DNA from: a virus
Length of the DNA: 64,000 nt
Strand: one strand, 5' to 3'
Virus record (IMG/VR): IMGVR_UViG_3300036398_003294
Span: 1 to 64,000 of that record
Part shown: positions 21,838 through 32,048 of the stretch, piece by piece
Layout of the letters: every line of letters begins with the position of its first letter
Numbering within the stretch: the first letter of the stretch is position 1
Position numbers and translations under genes: made by a program
Notes under the pieces: generated by a model
What the model was told of the DNA's origin: nothing
Seen by the model: only the letters and a program-made list of their open reading frames with translations
The model's database searches: none

Positions 21838-22257
21838 ATGGATACACAAGCCTTTATCAATAATGCCAAAGCTATTCTTATGGTAAGCAATGATGAGTGG
21901 ACAAAGAAATTTGCACAGTCATTATTAGACCAAGTCAATACAGGTAAAGCATTATCAGAAAAACAAATAAATCTTTTCAATGCTAAGTTGGATTTGATTT
22001 TCAATCCACCTGCACCTATTGAGATAGATCAAGAGTTTGTCAATCAAGTAAATGCTTTAAAGACTAAGACCAAATCTGAATGGCTTTTGACTTTCTGTGA
22101 TTCAATTCTCACTCAAATGAGAGCAGGTAGAGCATTAACAGAAAAACAAAAAGCAGTCTTTAAAGCTAAATATGACAAGTTAGTCTTAAAGATTAAACCT
22201 GTGAAATCTGAAGTTGATCCTGAATGGAATGACTATATGGATCAAGACAATAATTAA
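21838..22257 (+). CDS. Hypothetical protein with two W..F..S..Q...G.L[ST]EKQ repeats
   Basis: Likely start is ATG 21838 after GGAG; internal duplication. Confidence 0.8.
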   Translation: MDTQAFINNAKAILMVSNDEWTKKFAQSLLDQVNTGKALSEKQINLFNAKLDLIFNPPAPIEIDQEFVNQVNALKTKTKSEWLLTFCDSILTQMRAGRALTEKQKAVFKAKYDKLVLKIKPVKSEVDPEWNDYMDQDNN

Positions 22258-22676
22258 TGGATACACAAGCCTTTATTAATAATGCAAAATCTATTCTGAT
22301 TTGCAGTAATTCTATATGGACTAAAAACAAAGTTCAAGTTTTATTAGATCGAGTTCTTGCAGGCAAGTCTTTAGATACAGATCAAATTCATTTATTTGAA
22401 TATCTTTTAAATCGTGTCTTTCATCCAACACAGATCACAATAGAACTTAACTTTTACACAGTCACAGACCTTGCTACAGAACTTATTCGTATTTATTTTA
22501 CATCATGGCAGTTAATTTTTGTAGCAGAATTGAGAAAAAGCCTGCTAGAAAAGCAAGACATTTCTTATAACAAGCATTACATCTTTGATGTTTTATATAG
22601 GCAACTTGTCTTAAAACAAAAAACCTTAGAGGATGGACTAGATAATCAAATCTTATTTGAGATGGCTAACGAATAA
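22257..22676 (+). CDS. Diverged tandem paralogue of 21838..22257
   Basis: Both start MDTQAFINNAK with near-identical DNA; TAATG overlap. Confidence 0.75.
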   Translation: MDTQAFINNAKSILICSNSIWTKNKVQVLLDRVLAGKSLDTDQIHLFEYLLNRVFHPTQITIELNFYTVTDLATELIRIYFTSWQLIFVAELRKSLLEKQDISYNKHYIFDVLYRQLVLKQKTLEDGLDNQILFEMANE

Positions 22677-22728
22677 AATATTTATACTTATTATCTTTTA
22701 TATATGCTTTAAATAAAGGATAAAGATT

Positions 22729-24096
22729 ATGCCTGCAGGTTGGGAATTTTCAAGATCACCTTATCCAATGCCACCTAGAAATACATCAGCTAATTCACCT
22801 TTTCTTAAAGGTGCAATAGATTTAAGATGGGATAGTCCTTCTTTTATTCATGAAAATGAAGGTTGGATTATTCGTGGTGTCAATATCTATAGATCAAATA
22901 CATCAGATCGGGGTCCTTACCAAAGGATTAACCAACAGCCTATATCTGCTACTTTTTATAGAGATACTAATATTACTGAAATGATTTATGATGAAGTCAT
23001 TACAAATTGGATTAGTAAAGGCAGTAATGCAGATGGTTCTTATCGTTTCAGAACAGCAAGACCAATAGCTAGAATAGGTAGTGCAATTGAGCCATCTACA
23101 TCATATAGAGATGTCATTGTTAAAATAGATGGTCAAGTAGCTTATCCTGCTAGTGTCTTTGGTCAAACAGGTGATATTGTATTAAGACAAGGTGCAACAA
23201 CATCTGTAATCACTTTAATGAATGACATACAGCTTGCATTTGATCCAAATACAAGTGTAGTTACTTGTACATACCTGTCATATTTACCTGAAGGCAAAAT
23301 CAGTGCTATTATAGATAAAAAGACATATTATAGAGTAACAACAGTGGCAGAAGATCCTACTACAGGTGCTTTACATGAAAGTCCATTAGATTATACTCAA
23401 CCATTTAGTGATATTGAAATTGAGAAAGTAGATTGGATGTGGAGGGAAGGTGTAAGAAGAAATCAATGGGCATTAGAGCAAGGTGGTGAACGAGTTCGCT
23501 TATTCTTAAAGAAAGTAGTTGGTCAACCATGCGAGTGTGGAGCATTTAATAGATTTACATTAGAATATGGCAAGCAACCTGATTCAAGGTGTATTAGGTG
23601 TTTTGGTACAGGTTTAATAGGTGGATATGATGGACCCTATGATATTATAGTTGCACCTGATGATGCAGAAAGAAGAATAAGTCAAGCAACACAAGGTAGA
23701 AGGAAAGAACATAGCTATGAAGTGTATATAGGACCCTCACCTATAGTATCTCAAAGAGATTTTATAGTTAAGCAAAATAATGATCGGTATAGCATAGGGC
23801 CTGTAAGAAGACCAAATGCTAGAGGCAATGTATTGCAACAGCATTTTAATTTAGGATATTTTGAGCCTGCTGATATAAGATATTCTGTACCAATGGATGG
23901 AGTACCTGTATTATGGCATAAGACAAAATACACATATCAAACAATAAGAGATACATATTCAGCTAGGAATGATGCACCATATTCAACACAGCCTGATTCA
24001 GCGATACCAATGATGACAGAGAAAGATAGTGTATCTGCAAATCATGAATTAAGAGGCAGAACAGCAGTATGGGAAAACCATAATCATGGTGGATAA
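22729..24096 (+). CDS. Putative neck/head-closure protein
   Basis: GERVRLF...CEC...CIRCFGTG..GGY followed by a head-closure-like beta region (DFIV...RYSI); upstream of the sheath. Confidence 0.55.
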   Translation: MPAGWEFSRSPYPMPPRNTSANSPFLKGAIDLRWDSPSFIHENEGWIIRGVNIYRSNTSDRGPYQRINQQPISATFYRDTNITEMIYDEVITNWISKGSNADGSYRFRTARPIARIGSAIEPSTSYRDVIVKIDGQVAYPASVFGQTGDIVLRQGATTSVITLMNDIQLAFDPNTSVVTCTYLSYLPEGKISAIIDKKTYYRVTTVAEDPTTGALHESPLDYTQPFSDIEIEKVDWMWREGVRRNQWALEQGGERVRLFLKKVVGQPCECGAFNRFTLEYGKQPDSRCIRCFGTGLIGGYDGPYDIIVAPDDAERRISQATQGRRKEHSYEVYIGPSPIVSQRDFIVKQNNDRYSIGPVRRPNARGNVLQQHFNLGYFEPADIRYSVPMDGVPVLWHKTKYTYQTIRDTYSARNDAPYSTQPDSAIPMMTEKDSVSANHELRGRTAVWENHNHGG

Positions 24097-24113
24097 GATT
24101 TATTTTAAATAAG

Positions 24114-24142
24114 TTGCAATGAAAGCCTTTCGATAAGTGTTT
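24114..24142 (+). promoter_or_regulatory. Conserved cassette motif, copy 4
   Basis: TTGCAAT-gaaa-GC-ctttcga-TAAGTGTTT. Confidence 0.8.
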
Positions 24143-24199
24143 ATATATTGTTAGTAAAAAACGAAATGAAAAACACTTTCAAAAAAAAGGACAAAGCAA

Positions 24200-24496
24200 A
24201 TGAGTGACGAACTTATTAAAGCAATGGAATGGTTAATGTGGCAACTTGGCATGATGTACACTGTTGATGAACACAGTTCAAGATACATTGAAGTATGTGG
24301 CAGTGAAAGTCATGCAGTGATTGAATACAGATGGCAAGGATTTGTTCAAGTTGTCATTTCTTCTGATTCAGATGATGAAGAAGAAAAAAGAGAAGATTTG
24401 ATACAAAGATGGGAAATTAAAGAAGATGAAGAGAATGAAGATTTACTTCAGATTGAAATGGAAAGCATCTTAAATTATGTAAGAAACAATATGTAA
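24200..24496 (+). CDS. Small acidic hypothetical protein (motif-headed cassette)
   Basis: 98 aa, RBS AAGGA, very D/E-rich. Confidence 0.75.
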   Translation: MSDELIKAMEWLMWQLGMMYTVDEHSSRYIEVCGSESHAVIEYRWQGFVQVVISSDSDDEEEKREDLIQRWEIKEDEENEDLLQIEMESILNYVRNNM

Positions 24497-24548
24497 TAAA
24501 CTTTAATCCTTTTATAAATGTTATCTTATATAAAAGGAATATTGAAAA

Positions 24549-25130
24549 ATGGATAGATTAAAAAAGCAATTTGTCTTTAAACAGCCTTTAAAAGATAAGA
24601 CAAAAAAAGAAATAAAGTTCATTGCAGAAATGATCTTAAATGAAGTAAGAGAAGAGGCAAAAAGAGCAGGTCAATTATTTAGTGCAGTACCTAAAACACA
24701 AGAATTTATTTATTCGTTTGGTGTGCAAATCAAAGACAATGGTGATGTGGTCTTATATTCTACATGGCAACATATCAAATACCATTTAAAAAATAAGCCT
24801 GCATATCCAATGTATTGGTTAAAGACAGATAGAAATAAACCAAGACAAGCAATCCCTGTTAAAAATAAACAAGGTGAAATAGAATTTAGAACATTACCTT
24901 TAGTAACAGAAAAGTCATGGATTCATCCAGCTATTGTAAAATACTCATGGATAGAAAAAGCAATAGATAGAGCAGTGATGCAAGCTACTGCCATTTTAGC
25001 TTATGAGAAATTGACAGGACAAGAAATGCTTGATAGAAAAAAGCTAATGCTACAAGCTAAAAGAAAGCAAACTAGATTTAATGCTTTAACAACACGGAGT
25101 AAAAAAGATGGTGGACAAAATAATCGATGA
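24549..25130 (+). CDS. Basic hypothetical protein, possible neck/tail-assembly protein
   Basis: 193 aa, RBS AAGGA; WIHPA...WIEKAI; between neck and tail-completion genes. Confidence 0.55.
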   Translation: MDRLKKQFVFKQPLKDKTKKEIKFIAEMILNEVREEAKRAGQLFSAVPKTQEFIYSFGVQIKDNGDVVLYSTWQHIKYHLKNKPAYPMYWLKTDRNKPRQAIPVKNKQGEIEFRTLPLVTEKSWIHPAIVKYSWIEKAIDRAVMQATAILAYEKLTGQEMLDRKKLMLQAKRKQTRFNALTTRSKKDGGQNNR

Positions 25131-25167
25131 AGTTCTTAAAAGCATCTTCAAAAGGAGCAAATAAAAA

Positions 25168-26277
25168 ATGTTTCATTACTTAACATTAGAGGTTCGTAAT
25201 CTGATGATTGAAGAACTTAGGAAGTATTGGTCAGATCATCCAAGATATCCTGAATTAGCAAATAATATTCAAGGCAAATACAGCTTTGACCAAAGACCAC
25301 AATTTGGGATGGTGATTAAGACAGGTGGTGCAAATAATGTAGTGATGAGTGCAGATAACTATTTATCCACAGTAAGAGGATATGTTTATCTAGCTAAGAC
25401 AAAAAAACTACAATATGGATCTATTGAATGGGTAAAAGAAAATCCACAATTTAGAGCAGAAGAAGGCATCTATATTTTAGATATTACTCAAATGGAAGAT
25501 CAATATGAAACCTATCGTATAGATATTACTAAATATAAAAGAGTAAAAGAAACTGAGCCTGTCTTTATTAGTCCAACAGAAATTCAATTGTTAGGTACAC
25601 CTATTGAGAATAGTTTAAGAATTATTGAGAAACCATCATATATGCGATATGTGGAAGGTGTAGACTATACTTTAAATGGTGATGTGATTGAATTAGCAGA
25701 AGAATTATTAAATGGTTTAAATATAGAGATCACATATACAGAATTGCAGGTAGATGTGATTGAGCCTAAATATGTAAGACCTGATCAAGTTTATCATAAG
25801 ATCATCCCCGGGGTTTTAATTTATTTTGGTCGCAGGTTAAGAGGTGGTGATCAACAAGCAATCGTGGTTTTGGATGAACCTGATGATATTTATAGAGAGT
25901 ATGGTGGCAGATGGGATGTATCAGTAGAAATAGAAATTATAGCAAGAGATGTGCATTCACAAGCAGATTTAGCAGATAGGACAACAGTGTGGCTGTGGGC
26001 AGTATTAAAAGACCAGCTTGCATCAAGAGGCATTAATATGAATGAAGTGAGTTTAGGTGGTGAATCAGAAGAAGTGTATGATGAGAATGGTGATGATTAT
26101 TTTTACACAGCGAGTGTATCTACAACCTTGCAAGTGGATTGGTTTATGCACATCCCATTGATAGCACCATTAATGTCTTATGGGAAATCTTTAAGTTTAG
26201 AAAAAGAATTACCTGATGCTGAAAATCAAGTAGGATATACGGGTTTAGTGAAATATAAAATCCAAGATCTTAAATAA
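25168..26277 (+). CDS. Putative tail completion/terminator protein
   Basis: Acidic 369 aa with RWDVSVEIEIIARD...DLAD; upstream of tail sheath. Confidence 0.5.
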   Translation: MFHYLTLEVRNLMIEELRKYWSDHPRYPELANNIQGKYSFDQRPQFGMVIKTGGANNVVMSADNYLSTVRGYVYLAKTKKLQYGSIEWVKENPQFRAEEGIYILDITQMEDQYETYRIDITKYKRVKETEPVFISPTEIQLLGTPIENSLRIIEKPSYMRYVEGVDYTLNGDVIELAEELLNGLNIEITYTELQVDVIEPKYVRPDQVYHKIIPGVLIYFGRRLRGGDQQAIVVLDEPDDIYREYGGRWDVSVEIEIIARDVHSQADLADRTTVWLWAVLKDQLASRGINMNEVSLGGESEEVYDENGDDYFYTASVSTTLQVDWFMHIPLIAPLMSYGKSLSLEKELPDAENQVGYTGLVKYKIQDLK

Positions 26278-26322
26278 TTTATTTATTATATCAATGTTAT
26301 TAAACAAAGAGGAGTAATCTTA

Positions 26323-26748
26323 ATGCCTATCTTAAAATTCCAATGTAGATCATGTGGTTTATCTTTTAGTAAAAGAGTTGCTACTGATATCAATTCTCAA
26401 TCCTGTAATTCATGTGGAAAAGAAGCCTTTTCTTCACTACAAGGTACAAAGAGTGTTGGATATAATGCAATTCAAGTAGCAGAAGTGAAACCACAGTCAA
26501 CAGGTATTGAAAGTTTAGATACTAACTTTGAACGAGTATTAATGCAAGATTCTATAAGAAAATGGGAAATTGCAAAGATGAGATATAAAGACAAAGTTAA
26601 GCTACTAGAAGAAACCAAAGGTAATCCATTAGATATAATCGTTGGATATGACAACGAGTATGTTATGGATAAGCATTACCATGAAACTCAAAGAGATATT
26701 AAAAACCAAGTCAGAAAAGAAATTGGATGTAACTTCCAACAAAAATAG
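26323..26748 (+). CDS. FmdB-like zinc-ribbon protein
   Basis: MPILKFQCRSCG..F...CNSCG; RBS GAGGAG. Confidence 0.75.
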   Translation: MPILKFQCRSCGLSFSKRVATDINSQSCNSCGKEAFSSLQGTKSVGYNAIQVAEVKPQSTGIESLDTNFERVLMQDSIRKWEIAKMRYKDKVKLLEETKGNPLDIIVGYDNEYVMDKHYHETQRDIKNQVRKEIGCNFQQK

Positions 26749-26760
26749 GAGCAAAAGATT

Positions 26761-29700
26761 ATGGCTATTCAAGGTGGCTATGCACCGCCCGGTGTCTATA
26801 CTCAAACAGTTTTTGATTCACCTTTACCATCTAGCAATTTCACAGGACAAATTCCTTTATTGCTAGGTGCTGGTAAAGAAACCATTCAATCTGTTGGTGT
26901 TCAAATGATTCGTGGATCTTCTTCATCTGTAGATCAACGAATAGTGAATGAAAACATGAGTGGTCGTGCAGTATTAGGATTTAATCCTGATGGCACACCC
27001 ATTCTTGGTGATTTCAATGGAACTGCAACTAAAGTGCAAGTTCAAAAATTTCCTATGGTAGATGGCACAGGTGGTGGTGTTGTTGCTACTGATAGTTCTA
27101 GTGTTACAGCTTATGTCAATGGTCAAGTCACTGTTGTTTTAAGTGTAGATGGTGCTAAAGGCATTGTAGATACTGTTTTGGTTTCTTATTTTTTTAAGAG
27201 AACAGATACCTTAGTTGAAGATGAAAATATTTCATCTCAAATCACTACTACACAAGCTGAAATCATTGGCTCAAATGGTAGCTTTGATTTCGATGCTTTA
27301 AGTAATGTTTTTGTTTTCTTAGTAGATGGTGTTCAATATTCTATTTCTTTGCCAACAGTTTCTACAGGCACAAGAGAAGATGATCTTAATAGAGTAGTTG
27401 CTATTATTAATTCAGGTTCTTATGGATCTTTAGAGGCATCTTCATACACAGATAATTTCAATCAAGAGAACTTACAATTAAATGCTAATGGTTCTATTGT
27501 TATTGGCAATGGTTCAGCTAATGCTAAACTTGGTCTTGTGGTTAATCAATCTACATCAAGAAACAAAACTTTCTTTACAAGTCATTATCCTATCGTTGAT
27601 GGTACTAATGGTGGTATCACTACTACTGATATTACTGATGTTGTAGTTAAACTTAATGGTGCTGTTATTAGTCCAGCTAGTGTAGATGGTTCTAATGGTA
27701 GTATTACTCTTAAAGATGCTCCTGCAACAGATGCTACTTTAACAGTAACCTATTACTTTAATAACTTTAGAGATCAATTTGACTACATCCCAAGCACAGG
27801 TGTTGTTAGTGTTGAATCTATTTCTCTTGTTTCTGATGGATCAGGTGGTGCATCTTCTAATTTTATTGAAGGTGTTTCATGGGTTCTTAAAGATGATAAG
27901 ATTGTTTGGGGTACTTCTGTTCTTGTTGGTGCAGGTGAAACTTCTTTAGGTGCTACTGCATTTAATGACAGCCAAATCACTGCATCTTTAAAAGATGATA
28001 AAGTTTATCTTGTTGAATGTGAAAGAGTGATTGATACAAGTGTAGTACCACCTAGAGCATTGCCAAGTACCTTTAAATTACCTTACCAACCTGTTGATGG
28101 TACAGGCTCAGGTACACCAACATCAAGAGCAGATTTAGTTGAAGTCAAGGTAGGCTATAATTTTACTGATGCGATTGAAAAAGCTAATTCAGTAGTCGTT
28201 CGTGTTAATCCTTCTGATTCTACAATCGTTTTGGCTGAAGAAGTAGAAGAAGGCAAACAAGTATATGCTACTTTCTATTATAACACTTTGACTGATTCTA
28301 CCATTGGTGGAAATAATCAATATCAATTTGTTTGTTTATCTGATGGTGCTAGTGGTTCAGGTAAATATCAAGTCTTAAAGCAAGGTAGTGCTTTGCATGA
28401 TGTTACTTTAGGTACAAAAGGTTCATCTTTAAATGGTGTAGATTTATCTTTCCCAAGTGGCAGTGAATTATTGCCTGATGCTCGTATCACTACAGGCACA
28501 CCTGTAAATGAAACAGTAACAGTAACATTTACATCAAGCAAGCCAGCAAGTGCTTTATTTATTAGTGGTGGTGCTAGTCCATATTTCACCATTAAAGATA
28601 CAAGTGATCAAATCAATTTATCTATTGATGAGGCAGTTGTTACAGGTGGTGTAAGTTTATCTGCTCCAACAGGTACAGGTAGATTTGGTGCGATTGCACA
28701 TATCGTAGGTGATGTATTGCCATATACAGTAGAAAGTGGCTTGCAAGATTTAGGTACAATTAGTGCAGGTAATGACAGTCTTCAATTAAAGCTAGATAAT
28801 GATGATGTAGTCGTCAATATTGGTACTGTTGCAAATTGTACTGCTGATGATATTGCAAATGCTATTAATATTGCTTGTAATAGTGTTTCTGCTAAATACC
28901 AAGCGATGACTACCATGAATGGTGGTGTTGAGATTATTGCAAACAGTCATGATACTTTATCTTTCCAATTTGTAGGTAATACACATGGTACAGTAGGTGA
29001 AATTGCAATCACTTTGACAGATGCTGTTTATTCCACTGCAAATGCTTTGGCAACAGAACTTGAAACACAAATTAATAGTGCATTAGTAGATGCTTTACTT
29101 CAATATGAAGTAAATGGTGTTACTCAAGGTATTATTATTTCTGTTAGTGCAAATTCACAAGGTCGATTAATTTTTAGCTTAGATCAAATTGGTAAGAAAT
29201 TTGAAATCTTAGATGCAGTAGATATCATTCCGGGCGAAGTTTATGTTATTAAAACAGTAGGTGGTACAGACTTTACAGCAGTTGGTAGTGCAGATAATAA
29301 TATAGGTACAACCTTTACTGCTGATGAGTTCGGTATCATTTTAGGTGGTGTAGGTACAGTCGTTCATGCGATTACAGAACTTGTAGAAGAAACAGCAGGT
29401 TCTTTTGTTGTTGGTGAAACATATACAATTACAGTAGCAGGTACAACAGACTTTACTTTGATTGGCGCCGCTAATAACTTAGTAGGTACAACCTTTATTG
29501 CTTTAGGTGCTGGTGCTTTAGGTACAACAGGTAAAGCTGAACGAAATGTAGACCTTGAAGATACTTATGGTTACCTTGAATTTATTAGTCAAGCTGATCC
29601 TGAAGATGATTTTGCTATTATTGCAGGTATTGACACAGATGATGCAGATGGTACACAAACTAAGTTTGGTCTTTTACCTGTTGCTCAAGTTGCATCTACT

Positions 29701-31959
29701 TCTTTAGGTGGTGGTGCATTAAAAGAAAGATTGATCTTAAGAAATCGTTTCTTTCAAGGCAACACTTATTTCTTACCAAGTGGTGAATTAGGTATCCGTG
29801 TAGTAGCAGGTAGCTTATTAACAAAAGCAGGTTTGAAATCAAGTTTTGCATCTGCAATTAAAGGTGCAGTCGTTCAACAACCTACATTAAAGTTATTAAC
29901 AGGTTGGACAGAACAAAAGACTGCTGATAGTCAACCTGCTGTGAAGTTCTATAATGGTACTAACAATTCATATCCTGCCAATAATACTTTATTGTTAGAT
30001 GTGAATGGTACTATTGTTAGTGTAGAATTTACATCTAGTGCCACAGGTACTTTAACTTGTGTAGGTGAAAGCATTGTAGATGGTTTGATTTTGATTTCAA
30101 ATTCTATTGTAGATCAAATCAATAATGCTTTTGCTGATGCAGGTGTAGATGCGATTGTAGAGGCAAGTCAAGAAGGTGCAGGCATTCGTATTGTAGGTGG
30201 TGGATCTTTTGTAAATAGTTATCTTAAAGTTTTAAATGGTAGTGCAAATGAAACTTTAGGTTTAACTGCAAACCAAACTTCTACTTCTACAAATGTAAGT
30301 GCAAGTCAAATTGTAAGTGCATTAATGAGCCATCAATCAAATACTTTAACAGATTTGCTTTTTGGTGAAACTCTTGCAAATGACTACTTTAAATCTAAGG
30401 CTGTTGCTTTTGTACATATTTCAGCTACCAATAAGCAATATTTGGCAATTGAAAGTTTAAGCACAGGTGTTGGATCTATTGTAGATTTCACAGGTGGTAA
30501 TGCAATCACAACCAAAGGCACAGGCTTAAAGATTACTACTACAGATGGTGCAGTTGGTGAAGATGCTAAACAAGGTTTCTATGTAAAATCAAGTATCTCT
30601 AATGGATCAGGTTCAGCAAACACTTCTATTTTTAATAGTGGTGTTGGTCAAGATGGTTTCATTGGTCAAACTTATGTAGATGCAGTAACAGGATTGACAT
30701 TTACCATTTTGCCAAGAGATGGTGGTGTAGATTATCCTCAAGATGCAAATGCTTTCTTTAAATGGAATGTAAGTCAAAACATCACTTGTAATGCAAATAT
30801 TCCTAAGAACTTTGTTAATGGTGTATCTGTAATCGTATCAAATACAACAGGTGTAGCAGTAGGTGATACAGCAAACCTTGAAACATTTGATAAAGGTGGC
30901 AGTGAACCTGATATTGGTCAAGTATATTATATCTCTTATACACAAGAGAAAGTAGACTACACAACAAAGGTCTTTAATAGCATTGCAGATGTAGTCGCTG
31001 AATATGGTGATATATCAACACAAAATCCATTATCTTTAGGTGCATACTTAACGATTTTGAATGGTGCAGGTACAATTGCTTGTAAGCAAATTAAGAGATT
31101 AGCAAATACAGCTGAAATCACAGAAACACAAATGATCGAGGCAATCGATTCAATTGAAGGTGGCATCACAGCAACCTTAACACCATCTGTAATTTTGCCA
31201 TTAATCCCTGCAAGTGAAAGTTTGTTAAGTCATATTAGCAAGCATTGTGATTTACAAAGTTCATTAAGATTTAGATCTGAAAGAACAGCGATTTTAGGTT
31301 TTGCTAGTGGTACTATTCCTAAAGAGGCAGGTCGTTTGGCAAACCTTACAGGATCAAGTCGTGTTCGTGTAGTATATCCTGATATTGCAAGTTTAACTTT
31401 GACAAACACTTTGGGAAATCCTGTTACTTATATTGTAGATGGTCGTTATCTTGCTTGTGCAGTAGCTGGTACAACAACATCTCTTAATATTGATGTTGCT
31501 ACCCCATGGGAATCAAGACAAGTAAATGGTTTCAATGGTGTATTGAGAAACCTTACACCTGTTGAGGCAAATGCTACAGCAGTTAAAGGTGTATCTATCC
31601 TTGAAAATGCAGGCACTACCATTAAGATTAGACATGGTTTAACAACCAATATGTCTTCTGTATTGACTAAGACACCTACAATCATTCAAATTGCAGATCA
31701 AGTTCAAAGAACGATGAGAGGTGTTTTGGATGGATTTATTGGTGTTAAGAATTTACCTGTGATTCAATCACAAGTATTGTTAGCAGTCAATAATGAATTT
31801 CAAAGACTTGTATCTAGTGGCATCATTGAATCATATACAGGTTTAGCAGTCGTTCAAGATCCTGAAGATGCAACAGGGTTATTGATTAATGCTTTCTACA
31901 AGCCTGTATTCCCATTATTGTATATTCAATTTACATTCAATGTTCGCTCTAATGGATAG
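26761..31959 (+). CDS. Tail sheath protein with large insertions (1732 aa)
   Basis: N-terminal PPGVY; C-terminal sheath core (VVAEYG...NPLSLGA..NGA; RHGLTT; YKPVFPLLYIQFTFNV). Confidence 0.9.
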   Translation: MAIQGGYAPPGVYTQTVFDSPLPSSNFTGQIPLLLGAGKETIQSVGVQMIRGSSSSVDQRIVNENMSGRAVLGFNPDGTPILGDFNGTATKVQVQKFPMVDGTGGGVVATDSSSVTAYVNGQVTVVLSVDGAKGIVDTVLVSYFFKRTDTLVEDENISSQITTTQAEIIGSNGSFDFDALSNVFVFLVDGVQYSISLPTVSTGTREDDLNRVVAIINSGSYGSLEASSYTDNFNQENLQLNANGSIVIGNGSANAKLGLVVNQSTSRNKTFFTSHYPIVDGTNGGITTTDITDVVVKLNGAVISPASVDGSNGSITLKDAPATDATLTVTYYFNNFRDQFDYIPSTGVVSVESISLVSDGSGGASSNFIEGVSWVLKDDKIVWGTSVLVGAGETSLGATAFNDSQITASLKDDKVYLVECERVIDTSVVPPRALPSTFKLPYQPVDGTGSGTPTSRADLVEVKVGYNFTDAIEKANSVVVRVNPSDSTIVLAEEVEEGKQVYATFYYNTLTDSTIGGNNQYQFVCLSDGASGSGKYQVLKQGSALHDVTLGTKGSSLNGVDLSFPSGSELLPDARITTGTPVNETVTVTFTSSKPASALFISGGASPYFTIKDTSDQINLSIDEAVVTGGVSLSAPTGTGRFGAIAHIVGDVLPYTVESGLQDLGTISAGNDSLQLKLDNDDVVVNIGTVANCTADDIANAINIACNSVSAKYQAMTTMNGGVEIIANSHDTLSFQFVGNTHGTVGEIAITLTDAVYSTANALATELETQINSALVDALLQYEVNGVTQGIIISVSANSQGRLIFSLDQIGKKFEILDAVDIIPGEVYVIKTVGGTDFTAVGSADNNIGTTFTADEFGIILGGVGTVVHAITELVEETAGSFVVGETYTITVAGTTDFTLIGAANNLVGTTFIALGAGALGTTGKAERNVDLEDTYGYLEFISQADPEDDFAIIAGIDTDDADGTQTKFGLLPVAQVASTSLGGGALKERLILRNRFFQGNTYFLPSGELGIRVVAGSLLTKAGLKSSFASAIKGAVVQQPTLKLLTGWTEQKTADSQPAVKFYNGTNNSYPANNTLLLDVNGTIVSVEFTSSATGTLTCVGESIVDGLILISNSIVDQINNAFADAGVDAIVEASQEGAGIRIVGGGSFVNSYLKVLNGSANETLGLTANQTSTSTNVSASQIVSALMSHQSNTLTDLLFGETLANDYFKSKAVAFVHISATNKQYLAIESLSTGVGSIVDFTGGNAITTKGTGLKITTTDGAVGEDAKQGFYVKSSISNGSGSANTSIFNSGVGQDGFIGQTYVDAVTGLTFTILPRDGGVDYPQDANAFFKWNVSQNITCNANIPKNFVNGVSVIVSNTTGVAVGDTANLETFDKGGSEPDIGQVYYISYTQEKVDYTTKVFNSIADVVAEYGDISTQNPLSLGAYLTILNGAGTIACKQIKRLANTAEITETQMIEAIDSIEGGITATLTPSVILPLIPASESLLSHISKHCDLQSSLRFRSERTAILGFASGTIPKEAGRLANLTGSSRVRVVYPDIASLTLTNTLGNPVTYIVDGRYLACAVAGTTTSLNIDVATPWESRQVNGFNGVLRNLTPVEANATAVKGVSILENAGTTIKIRHGLTTNMSSVLTKTPTIIQIADQVQRTMRGVLDGFIGVKNLPVIQSQVLLAVNNEFQRLVSSGIIESYTGLAVVQDPEDATGLLINAFYKPVFPLLYIQFTFNVRSNG

Positions 31960-31978
31960 TAGAAAAATTTAATAAAAG

Positions 31979-32007
31979 TTGCAATGAAAGCCTTTGTGTA
32001 AGTGTTT
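31979..32007 (+). promoter_or_regulatory. Conserved cassette motif, copy 5
   Basis: TTGCAAT-gaaa-GC-ctttgtg-TAAGTGTTT. Confidence 0.8.
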
Positions 32008-32039
32008 TATATATGTAAAGAAAAACACTTACACAAAGG
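31991..32039. repeat. Perfect 18-bp inverted repeat overlapping motif copy 5 and the next RBS
   Basis: CCTTTGTGTAAGTGTTTT (31991-32008) / AAAACACTTACACAAAGG (32022-32039), 13-nt loop. Confidence 0.9.
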
Positions 32040-32048
32040 AAAAACAAA

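Noticed and set aside
2649-31959. Bacterial contractile injection system (eCIS/tailocin) rather than phage
   Set aside because: Ligase, polymerase, neck-like genes and many small phage-type genes are interleaved; no host housekeeping context
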